NCBI GenBank assembly: GCA_934525675.1
Contig: CAKSZH010000011.1
Location: 25,173-89,172, forward strand
Reading direction: 5' to 3'
Source of the DNA: an uncultured Eubacteriales bacterium
GTDB lineage: Bacteria; Bacillota; Clostridia; Oscillospirales; CAG-272
Length of the DNA: 64,000 bases
Shown here: positions 28,156 through 36,132 of the stretch, in pieces
Position numbering within the stretch: the stretch's first letter is position 1
Layout of the letters: each line of letters starts with the position of its first letter
Program-made: the position numbers and the translations under genes
Notes under the pieces: model-generated
The model's database searches: none
The model's input: the letters and a program-made list of their open reading frames with translations, nothing else
What the model was told of the DNA's origin: nothing

Positions 28156-29073
28156 GTGCCGGAAAAAACGAATGATACCGAACGTAAGACGGCGAGAGCC
28201 GTCCGTGTGACCAAGGCGGACAAGCCCTGCTTCTGCGGAAGCGGACTGCCCTATGCCGCCTGCCACGGACCCGTGATGGAAAAGCTGAAGGAGCTTCGCA
28301 CAAAGGGGGAGCAGATCCCTCCGCGCAAGCTCATCAAAAACCGCGGGCAGATCGCGGGGATCCGCGAGGCGGGCAGAATCAATTCGCTGGTGCTGGACGC
28401 AGTCGCCGAGCGCATCCGTCCCGGCATGACCACGGCACAGATCGACGACATTGTGATGGAGCGCACGCACCAGCTCGGCGGCATCCCCACATGCCTTGGG
28501 TTCGAGGGATTTCCGAGAAGCGTCTGCACCTCGGTCAATGACCAGATCTGCCACGGCATCCCGTCGGAAAAGGTGATTCTCCGGGAGGGGGACATTGTGA
28601 ACGTCGATTGCACGACGACATACAATGGGTATGTCGGGGACGCATCGCGGATGTTCGCCATCGGACGGGTCACGCCGAATGCCGAACGCCTCATCCGTGT
28701 AACGCGCGAAGCGGTTGATCTGGCGATCAGCCATCTGTATCCGTACTGCCACCTCGGCGACATCGGCTATTACATCGGGAAATACGCCCATGAAAACGGT
28801 TATACGGTTGTCCGCGAGATCGGCGGGCACGGCTGCGGACTGGAGATGCATGAAGACCCGTATGTCTGCCATGTCGGGCGTCTCGGGACCGGTATGGTGC
28901 TTTGTCCCGGCATGGTGTTTACCATTGAGCCGATGATCAACGAGGGCACCCGCGGCTTCCGCGTGGACGAACGGGACGGCTGGCAGGTGTACACCGCCGA
29001 CGGCAAATTGTCGGCGCAGGTCGAGCATATGGTACTCATTACGGAGGACGGCGTGGAAGTTTTGTCCGAGTAA
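28156..29073 (+). CDS. map: Type I methionine aminopeptidase with N-terminal SEC-C zinc motif
   Basis: GTG start. CFCGSGLPYAACHG, then the MAP core (IKNRGQIAGIREAGR..., GHGCG, EHMVLIT). Confidence 0.9.
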   Translation: MPEKTNDTERKTARAVRVTKADKPCFCGSGLPYAACHGPVMEKLKELRTKGEQIPPRKLIKNRGQIAGIREAGRINSLVLDAVAERIRPGMTTAQIDDIVMERTHQLGGIPTCLGFEGFPRSVCTSVNDQICHGIPSEKVILREGDIVNVDCTTTYNGYVGDASRMFAIGRVTPNAERLIRVTREAVDLAISHLYPYCHLGDIGYYIGKYAHENGYTVVREIGGHGCGLEMHEDPYVCHVGRLGTGMVLCPGMVFTIEPMINEGTRGFRVDERDGWQVYTADGKLSAQVEHMVLITEDGVEVLSE

Positions 29074-29117
29074 GCAGAAAACCGAAAGATAACCCACATG
29101 AAAGAAGGAGGTCAGAC

Positions 29118-29513
29118 ATGATGGAACGTATTTATGAATTTCTGAAGCAGGCGGGAACCTATTATCTGGCAACCGACGAGGACGGCCAGCCGCATATCCG
29201 GCCGTTCGGCACGGTGGACCTCTTTGGCGGGAGACTGTACATCCAGACGGGCAGAAAGAAGAATTGCTACCGCCAGATGAAGAAGAATCCGAAGATTGAG
29301 ATCTGCGCGAGCCTCGGCGGCGAGTGGCTGCGCCTTTCGGCGACCGCGGTGGAGAATACCGATGTGGAGGCGGAACGCCATCTGCTCAATCAGTACCCCG
29401 AGCTTGCCGAGTTATATCGCCCCGGCGACGGCAACACGGTGCTCTTTGCCCTGACCGACGCGGATGCGCGAATCCATTCCTTTACCGCTCCGACCGTGGA
29501 GATCCGATTCTGA
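29118..29513 (+). CDS. Pyridoxamine 5'-phosphate oxidase-like FMN-binding protein
   Basis: 131 aa, YYLATDEDGQPHIRPFG...LYIQTGRKK pattern. RBS GGAGG. Confidence 0.7.
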   Translation: MMERIYEFLKQAGTYYLATDEDGQPHIRPFGTVDLFGGRLYIQTGRKKNCYRQMKKNPKIEICASLGGEWLRLSATAVENTDVEAERHLLNQYPELAELYRPGDGNTVLFALTDADARIHSFTAPTVEIRF

Positions 29514-29853
29514 CAAAGAAAAGTTCCGGGCATTGAGGGGGACCGTGGCGGTTCCCCTCTCAATGCCGGCGTGAACGGGATATGCGGGACAGATGAGCCG
29601 GACTCCTCCGCTCCGGCACCGGTCGACGCGTCAACGCAACGTGGCAGGCGATTGCATTGGTTGCCCCACGTGCGCCGGATACCTGACGGCAGCCCGCTCT
29701 GCCGGGATGTTCCCGCGCGAAAAAGACCGTGCGGAAAAGACAATGTGTTTTCTGACTGAGATGCCGCCTGCGGCGCGGGAAATGCCGCATGATTCTGATA
29801 AGAACTCAGAAAGGAAAAAACTCGTGAAACTCTCCGGAGGGCAGACGCTGAAT

Positions 29854-31224
29854 ATGACCACGGGCGACCCGCGCGGCATGATCCTGCGCTTTGCGGTCCC
29901 GGTGTTCCTCAGCCAACTGTTTCAACAGCTTTACAATACCGTCGATACCCTGACGGTCGGACATATGATTTCCAACGACGCAATGGGCGCGGTCAGCGCG
30001 ACGGGCTCGCTCATTTTCCTGCTCGTCAGCTTCTTTACGGGGGCTTCCATGGGCGTCGGCGTGGTGATCTCCCGCTATTTCGGCGCGGGAAACTACGAAA
30101 AGCTCTCCCGCGCAATCCATACGGGCGTCATCCTCGGACTGATCTCCGGCGTCCTGCTTACCGCGGTCGGCGTTGCCTTTACGCCGGCGATCCTTTCGTG
30201 GATGGTCAAGGACGCAACGGTCCGCCCCATCGCAGTGCAGTATTTCCGCTACTACTTTTTCGGCGTGTCCGCCGTGGTCATGTACAACCTGTTCACGGGT
30301 ATCATGAACGCCGTCGGCGACAGCCGCCGCCCGCTTTACTATCTGCTCCTTTCCTCCGTCCTCAACGTGATTCTTGACATCGTGTTCATTCTTCTGTACC
30401 GCGCGGCGGGGGTGACGGACGAGACCGTACTCGTCCGCGCGCCGGCAATTGCGACCGTGGTGTCGCAGGCGGTCAGCATGGTGCTCTGTCTCATTCACCT
30501 GCTGAAAAAGGGAACGGTGTACCGGATCCGCTTCCGCGATTTGCGGATCGACCGGGAAATGCTGCTTGAGATCGCCCGCTTCGGACTGCCGACCGGAATC
30601 CAGAATTCCGTCATCGGGCTTGCCAATGTCATGGTGCAGAGCAACATCAGCTCATTCGGGAACCTGGCGATGGCGGGGTGCGGGGCGTACTCCAAGATCG
30701 AGGGCTTTGTGTTCCTGCCGATCACCAGCTTTGCCATGGCACTGACGACCTTCATCGGGCAGAACCTCGGCGCAGGGCAGTATGACCGCGCCAGATACGG
30801 TGCCCGCTTCGGCATCGCAACTTCGGTCATCATGGCGGAGATCATCGGTGTGGCGGTGTTTCTTCTGGCGGAGCCGCTCATGCGCATCTTCGTGGACGCG
30901 GGCGACCCGAACGCCGCCGCGATCATTGAAATCGGCGTGAGGCAATGCCGCACCGAGGCGCTGTTCTTCTTCCTGCTCGCCTTTTCTCACTGTATCGCGG
31001 GAATCTGCCGCGGCGCGGGGAAGGCGTTCGTGCCCATGCTCATCATGTTATTGGTTTGGTGCGTGTTCCGCATCATTTACATTGAGGTTGCCATGAGCAT
31101 CCGCCACGAGATCCTGCTTCTCTTCATCGCGTATCCTCTGACCTGGACGATCAGCTCGGCGATCTATCTGATTTATTACAAAAAATCCGACTGGATTCAC
31201 GGGTTTGACAAAAAGAAAGCGTAA
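29854..31224 (+). CDS. MATE family efflux transporter
   Basis: ILRFAVPVFLSQLFQQLYNTVDTLTVG N-terminus typical of MATE, ~12 TM. The track ORF starts at 29593, so the start is uncertain. Confidence 0.85.
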   Translation: MTTGDPRGMILRFAVPVFLSQLFQQLYNTVDTLTVGHMISNDAMGAVSATGSLIFLLVSFFTGASMGVGVVISRYFGAGNYEKLSRAIHTGVILGLISGVLLTAVGVAFTPAILSWMVKDATVRPIAVQYFRYYFFGVSAVVMYNLFTGIMNAVGDSRRPLYYLLLSSVLNVILDIVFILLYRAAGVTDETVLVRAPAIATVVSQAVSMVLCLIHLLKKGTVYRIRFRDLRIDREMLLEIARFGLPTGIQNSVIGLANVMVQSNISSFGNLAMAGCGAYSKIEGFVFLPITSFAMALTTFIGQNLGAGQYDRARYGARFGIATSVIMAEIIGVAVFLLAEPLMRIFVDAGDPNAAAIIEIGVRQCRTEALFFFLLAFSHCIAGICRGAGKAFVPMLIMLLVWCVFRIIYIEVAMSIRHEILLLFIAYPLTWTISSAIYLIYYKKSDWIHGFDKKKA

Positions 31225-31230
31225 AAAACG

Positions 31231-31254
31231 CCCCGCGGGCGAAAGCCCGCGGGG
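31231..31254 (+). terminator. GC-rich hairpin after the MATE gene
   Basis: ccccgcgggc-gaaa-gcccgcgggg, 7 nt after the stop. The T-run is not immediately adjacent. Confidence 0.5.
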
Positions 31255-31257
31255 GGA

Positions 31258-31580
31258 ATGCTGTATTTTGCCGAGGAATACTCCGAAGAGCGGAGGGCAC
31301 AATGTCCGCTCGGCGGACAAGCCGTTCCGCAGAGCAGAATTTGTCATGCCGACGGCGGGTGTCCTCTCCGTCAGGGCGTGGCTGCATTTCACCGAAGGAA
31401 GTCCCGCTCCGCAAAACGGAGGGCACCCTGCCGCTCGGCGGACAAGCCGTTCCGCAGAGCAGAACTTGTCATGCCGACGGCGGGTGTCCCCTCTGTCAGA
31501 GCATTGCTGCATTTCGCCGAAGAAAGCCCCGCTCCGCATAACGGAGGGCACAATGTCCGCTCGGCGGACAAGCCGTTCCG
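31258..31580. repeat. Non-coding tandem repeat, ~125-126-bp unit, about 2.6 copies
   Basis: cggagggcac...ccgttccgcagagcagaa(t/c)ttgtcatgccgacggcgggtgtcc... restarts at 31291, 31417 and 31542. A partial unit lies at 31258-31290. Confidence 0.85.
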
Positions 31581-31634
31581 GGGCAATCCCCGGCAGACGG
31601 CAAACATTGATCCGGCGGACGCTGCCCGAGCTCT

Positions 31635-32261
31635 TTATTTTTCCTCCGGGAAAAAGCGGATGTCTGCGCCGACAAACCGCTCACACAGCCGGTGCGCGGC
31701 AATCAGCCGGTGTCGTTCGAGAAAGAACAGATCGATCGCCTCCCAGATGAACACCCACGCGGCGATTTCCAGAAGATTGGTCATCATCTCACCGAGTCCC
31801 CGGTGCTCCAGAAAGAAGAGCAGGGCGAAGATGAGAACTCCCAACGCCAGCATGATGATCGCGGCGGTCCGGTTGCGGATCACGTCGCGCCGGGTCTGCT
31901 TTCCCCGATTGCGGTAATAATTGCGGATTGCCGCGTCATAAACGCGCGCCTCCTCCCCTGTGATGACATTGCTCCGGATGTGGAGTGCAAGGTCACCCTT
32001 GGGCGGGAGCGCCGATGCCGCGTTGTCGAGAAAGTCCGCGACCTCCGAGGAAATGATCGGGCGCATTCCGCAGTACGGCGACAGAAAATCGCTGTCGTCT
32101 CTCACGGTCATATGTAGGATCGCTCTGCCGTCTTGGTCGCGTTCGGGAGCTTCCATGCCGAACTCCTCTTCAAGGCGCGTGCGGATCCCGGACAGCTCCT
32201 TTGCGGCGTCGGACGGACGCATTCCGTTTTTTTCTTCCTTGTCAGTCAACGGTGAAGCCAT
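31635..32261 (-). CDS. Hypothetical protein with C-terminal membrane helices
   Basis: 208 aa. C-terminal hydrophobic segments AAIIMLALGVLIFALLFFL and LLEIAAWVFIWEAIDLFFL. No family recognised. Confidence 0.55.
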   Translation of the reverse strand: MASPLTDKEEKNGMRPSDAAKELSGIRTRLEEEFGMEAPERDQDGRAILHMTVRDDSDFLSPYCGMRPIISSEVADFLDNAASALPPKGDLALHIRSNVITGEEARVYDAAIRNYYRNRGKQTRRDVIRNRTAAIIMLALGVLIFALLFFLEHRGLGEMMTNLLEIAAWVFIWEAIDLFFLERHRLIAAHRLCERFVGADIRFFPEEK

Positions 32262-32272
32262 GTGCGCCTCCG

Positions 32273-32569
32273 TTACTTTTTCATGACTTCGAACCGGTAG
32301 TCCTGCTTCGACGTCGGGTATCTGCGCTTGTCTACGGGGGAGAGAAACGCCGCAAGCGGACGCGCGAACAGCTTCTTGTCTCCGTAAAGCGCGCGGTACA
32401 CCATCAGACGCTCTCCGGATTCGGTATGCTCCGCGACGCCGATGATCTCATAGAGATACTTGGTCGGTTCTTTCTCGAGCTCCGCTTCGGAAAACGCGTC
32501 TCTCTTGAAGTGGCGCACGGTGTCGCCGGGGTGAAACAATTGTTCTCTTTCCATAGGTTCCATAGCCAT
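32273..32569 (-). CDS. DUF1653-like small protein
   Basis: 98 aa. YEIIGVAEHTESGERLMVYRALYG...RP pattern as I recall for DUF1653. Confidence 0.6.
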   Translation of the reverse strand: MAMEPMEREQLFHPGDTVRHFKRDAFSEAELEKEPTKYLYEIIGVAEHTESGERLMVYRALYGDKKLFARPLAAFLSPVDKRRYPTSKQDYRFEVMKK

Positions 32570-32647
32570 GTCCTTTCCGTGTCTGCCGGTCGCTCATCGC
32601 ATGACGGCTGGGCACAATAAAATCGTTTATGTGATCCGGCGCGGGTT

Positions 32648-33526
32648 TTACGCGCCGTAGATTTTCAGTGTTTTTTCGATCCAGTAATGATAGTCCGGAC
32701 CGGGATGCTCTGCCGCCAGCCGTTTCATGCGGCGGTAGAGGGAAATGCCGTCCGACGGATCATGCCAGAGGTCGGTAAATACCGTGTCAAAGCCGTCCCC
32801 GAGATGCTCCCCGGCATAGGCGAATGCGTCCGCCCGGATCACCCGGAGCTTGTCCCGATGCGGAAACTGCGGGAGAATATACTCCCGGAACAGTCCGATG
32901 ACCCGTTCGTCGCGCTCGACGACCGTGACTTCGGCAACCTCCGGTTTCTCCGACGCGTGCAGTGCAAAGTACCCGAGTCCGAGCCCGAAGGTCAGGACCC
33001 GCCCGTGCGACGCGGCAATCGGTGCCTTCATGGTGTTGATCTCGTTCGGCGTGATGAGCATCCATTCCCGTCCACCTTCCAGTACGGCAGGGTAACGGTA
33101 TTCACGGGGAAAGTATCCGATCGACGGGATCACACGTCCCGCAAAGTCCCGCGCAGGGTCGTCCCGCACAAAGGCTTCATAAGGACGGTAGCGTTTCGTG
33201 CTCAATTCCCACCCGTCCCGGGCGACCTCCGGGATCCGGATCAGCCGGTGATAAAGGTCGTTTTCGTATTCCGCCGGGTCAAGACGTCTGACAGCCGGCA
33301 GAAAATAGCGCCGGAACAACTCCTTGTCCTCCCGGTTGTGATAGATGTCGAGACCGCAGAAGGAGGCGAGCAGAATCGCAAAAACACGTTCCTCGGTCTT
33401 CGGGTTTTCTTCCCCGAGAATGCTGTACATCTGCTCTGCGCGGATGGCGTCCGGCGTGAGGTTGAGGTAACGGGAGAGCAGGGCAAGCACCCGTTCGCTT
33501 TCGCTCCGGATCTCTGCATATTCCAT
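32648..33526 (-). CDS. Spermidine-synthase-like / class I SAM-dependent methyltransferase-fold protein
   Basis: VLTFGLGLGYFA...VTVVERDERVI...IRADAF...VFTDLW Rossmann-type pattern. Confidence 0.55.
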   Translation of the reverse strand: MEYAEIRSESERVLALLSRYLNLTPDAIRAEQMYSILGEENPKTEERVFAILLASFCGLDIYHNREDKELFRRYFLPAVRRLDPAEYENDLYHRLIRIPEVARDGWELSTKRYRPYEAFVRDDPARDFAGRVIPSIGYFPREYRYPAVLEGGREWMLITPNEINTMKAPIAASHGRVLTFGLGLGYFALHASEKPEVAEVTVVERDERVIGLFREYILPQFPHRDKLRVIRADAFAYAGEHLGDGFDTVFTDLWHDPSDGISLYRRMKRLAAEHPGPDYHYWIEKTLKIYGA

Positions 33527-33715
33527 ACCGCTCCCCCCGTTTCTTTACCTTGATTATACACATTTCACGGGGGCTTTTCAAGCCGACGCAAAAAAATTCA
33601 CATCACCGTCACTTGATTTTCTATGTTTGGTCATGAGAAGGGTTTACAATAAAAATCAGAAGGAATTTAACCTTCCCTTTTGTTGCGTCCGCAAAACCCG
33701 AAATTGTGAACAAAT

Positions 33716-33739
33716 ATATCGGTACGTATATATCGATAT
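33716..33739 (+). promoter_or_regulatory. ATATCG-N8-ATATCG direct-repeat operator upstream of adh
   Basis: aaatATATCGgtacgtatATATCGatatg. The same motif occurs at 49320-49339 and 51285-51308. Confidence 0.6.
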
Positions 33740-33752
33740 GCGCGATTTGCAT

Positions 33753-33781
33753 TTTACAACGCCTTCCGACTGTGATAAAAT
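33753..33781 (+). promoter_or_regulatory. Candidate adh promoter
   Basis: TTTACA (33753-33758), 17-nt spacer, TGaTAAAAT (33776-33781). Confidence 0.55.
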
Positions 33782-33814
33782 AATAACGAAAAGAAAATTT
33801 ATTGCCGGGAGGAT

Positions 33815-35038
33815 ATGAACATGGCAAGATTTACATTACCGAGAGACCTGTACCACGGAAAGGGCGCTCTGGAAGCGCTCAAAACCTTTGAAGGCAAGCG
33901 CGCAATGATCTGCGTGGGCGGCGGAAGCATGAAGAAGTTCGGTTTCCTGGACCGCGCGGTTGCGTATCTGAAGGAAGCCGGCATGGAAGTCGAGCTGTTT
34001 GAGGGAATTGAGTCCGATCCGTCCGTGGAAACCGTTATGCGCGGTGCGGACGCAATGCTCAAGTTCCAGCCTGACTGGATCATCGCCATGGGCGGCGGTT
34101 CTCCGATCGACGCTGCAAAGGCAATGTGGATCAAGTACGAGTATCCGGAAACCACCTTTGAGGATATGTGCAAGGTGTTCGGTCTTCCCAAGCTCCGCAA
34201 GAAGGCACATTTCTGCGCAATTTCTTCCACCTCCGGCACCGCAACCGAGGTGACCGCGTTCTCCATCATCACCGATTACCACAAGGGAATCAAGTACCCG
34301 ATTGCCGACTTCGAGATCACGCCCGACGTTGCAATCGTTGATCCCGATCTTGCCGAGACCATGCCCAAGAAGCTGGTTGCTCACACCGGTATGGACGCTA
34401 TGACGCACGCGATCGAAGCATATGTTTCCACCGCGAACTGCGACTACACCGACCCGCTTGCCATCTTTGCCATCAAGATGATCCAGAACGATCTGGTGGA
34501 TTCCTACAACGGCGATATGGCAAAGAGAGATGCAATGCACAATGCACAGTGCCTTGCAGGTATGGCGTTCTCCAATGCTCTGCTCGGCATCGTTCACTCC
34601 ATGGCTCATAAGACCGGCGCTGCTTTCGCTGACTACGGTGCTCACATCATCCACGGCGCTGCAAACGCTATGTACCTGCCGAAGGTCATCGCGTTCAACG
34701 CAAAGGACCCCACCGCGAAGAAGCGTTACGGTGTGATTGCCGACTATATGGGTCTCGGCGGAGCGAACGACGACGAGAAGGTGAAACTCCTCATCGCTTA
34801 TCTGCGTAAGATGAACGACGAGTTGAACATTCCTCACTGCATCAAGAACTACGGCGCGGACAGCTATCCGTGCGCCGAGGGCTTTGTGCCGGAGAAGGTG
34901 TTCCTTGAAAGACTTCCCGAGATCGCTAAGAACGCGATTGCCGATGCCTGCACGGGGTCCAACCCGCGTCAGCCCAGCCAGGAAGAGATGGAGAAGCTGC
35001 TCAAGTGCTGCTACTACGACACCGAGGTCGACTTCTGA
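33815..35038 (+). CDS. Iron-containing alcohol dehydrogenase
   Basis: GGGSPIDAAKAMW motif and metal-binding His residues (HTGMDAMTHAIE, HSMAHK). 407 aa. Confidence 0.9.
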   Translation: MNMARFTLPRDLYHGKGALEALKTFEGKRAMICVGGGSMKKFGFLDRAVAYLKEAGMEVELFEGIESDPSVETVMRGADAMLKFQPDWIIAMGGGSPIDAAKAMWIKYEYPETTFEDMCKVFGLPKLRKKAHFCAISSTSGTATEVTAFSIITDYHKGIKYPIADFEITPDVAIVDPDLAETMPKKLVAHTGMDAMTHAIEAYVSTANCDYTDPLAIFAIKMIQNDLVDSYNGDMAKRDAMHNAQCLAGMAFSNALLGIVHSMAHKTGAAFADYGAHIIHGAANAMYLPKVIAFNAKDPTAKKRYGVIADYMGLGGANDDEKVKLLIAYLRKMNDELNIPHCIKNYGADSYPCAEGFVPEKVFLERLPEIAKNAIADACTGSNPRQPSQEEMEKLLKCCYYDTEVDF

Positions 35039-35276
35039 TAAAAGCCGCATTCAGTGCCTGAACCGGGAAATTTCCCGGTAATAGAACCGACGGGGGAGAC
35101 TGTAAAAACGGTCTTCCCCTGTCGTGGGATAAAGGACATTGTCAATGGACAGGAAAATCGGGTGCTTTTCCGGGGAATATTCCCGGCAAATCCATCCGGC
35201 TTGCCTGTTTGTATATTATGAAAAACCGGGACTGTTCGCCGCGGTGTGGCGGATTCCTTCCGGGAAAGGATCAAAA

Positions 35277-36131
35277 ATGTACAGAATTATTGAGAAGACA
35301 CCGCTGAACCCCACGGTGACCAAGATGGTCATCGAGGCACCGGCAGTTGCCAAGAAGGCAGAGCCGGGTCAATTCATCATTCTGCGTACCGACGCGGAAG
35401 GCGAGCGTATCCCGCTGACTGTTGCGGGCTATGACCGCGACGCCGGCACCGTGACGATCATTTTCCAGATCGTCGGCGCAACCACCTACAAGCTCAACCA
35501 GCTGAACGCGGGCGACAGCCTCCACGATTTCGTGGGTCCCCTCGGCAAGCCCACCGAGCTGGAAGGAAAGAAGAAGGTCTGCATTGTCGGCGGCGGCGTC
35601 GGCTGTGCGATTGCACTTCCCATTGCGCAGAAACTGCATGAAATGGGGGCTGAGGTGACTTCCGTCATCGGCTTCCGTTCCAAGGATCTCCTCATTCTGG
35701 AGGACGAATTCCGCGCGGCTTCCAACCGTCTCTTTGTGATGACGGATGACGGCTCTTACGGCAGACACGGCAACGTCTGCGTCCCGCTGAACGAAATGTT
35801 CGCCGAGGGTGAGAAGTTTGACGAGGTCATCACCATCGGTCCTCTGATCATGATGAAGTTCGTCGTTGCCGCAACCAAGCCGACCGGCATTCCCTGCACG
35901 GTTTCCATGAACCCGATCATGATCGACGGAACGGGTATGTGCGGCGGTTGCCGTCTGACCCTGACCGAAGGCGACAAGAAGGTCACCAAGTTTGCCTGCG
36001 TGGACGGCCCCGATTTCAACGGCTATGAAGTCGATTTCGACGAAGCAATGTCCCGCGGGGCCATGTACCGTGATTTTGAGAAGCACGCATACGATGAAGC
36101 GTGCAACCTCTTCAAAAAGGAGGCAAACTGA
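35277..36131 (+). CDS. nfnA: NADH-dependent reduced ferredoxin:NADP+ oxidoreductase subunit A (PyrK-like FAD/[2Fe-2S] protein)
   Basis: Internal ATG with RBS. GGGVGCA nucleotide motif. C-terminal DGTGMCGGCR...C cluster. Paired with a GltD-like subunit. Confidence 0.75.
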   Translation: MYRIIEKTPLNPTVTKMVIEAPAVAKKAEPGQFIILRTDAEGERIPLTVAGYDRDAGTVTIIFQIVGATTYKLNQLNAGDSLHDFVGPLGKPTELEGKKKVCIVGGGVGCAIALPIAQKLHEMGAEVTSVIGFRSKDLLILEDEFRAASNRLFVMTDDGSYGRHGNVCVPLNEMFAEGEKFDEVITIGPLIMMKFVVAATKPTGIPCTVSMNPIMIDGTGMCGGCRLTLTEGDKKVTKFACVDGPDFNGYEVDFDEAMSRGAMYRDFEKHAYDEACNLFKKEAN

Positions 36132-36132
36132 T

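Noticed and set aside
27847-29172. 441-aa minus-strand ORF; likewise 4007..5269 minus, 36112..37674 minus, 56318..58165 minus, 58244..59755 minus, 33836..35050 minus, 53159..54382 plus and 54972..56171 plus
   Set aside because: Each overlaps a recognisable gene on the opposite strand (map, hydrolase, nfnB, GH3, Fe-ADH, GT2, MATE) and has shadow-ORF composition.
31258-31580. Possible CRISPR array
   Set aside because: The units are ~125 bp and directly abutting, with no unique spacers and no cas genes in the window.
31205-31917. Several 79-219-aa ORFs across the tandem repeat
   Set aside because: Their reading frames are generated by the 125-bp repeat itself (repeated ...RRTSRSAEQNLSCRRRVS...). 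They have no RBS and overlap each other in all frames.
33701-33720. Canonical Rex operator upstream of adh (aaaTTGTGAAcaaatatatcgg)
   Set aside because: Only one half-site (TTGTGAA) is present, with no TTCACAA partner at the correct spacing. A similar half-match at ~5246-5267 (TTTTGTgaacgagcgtACAAAA) is also poor.
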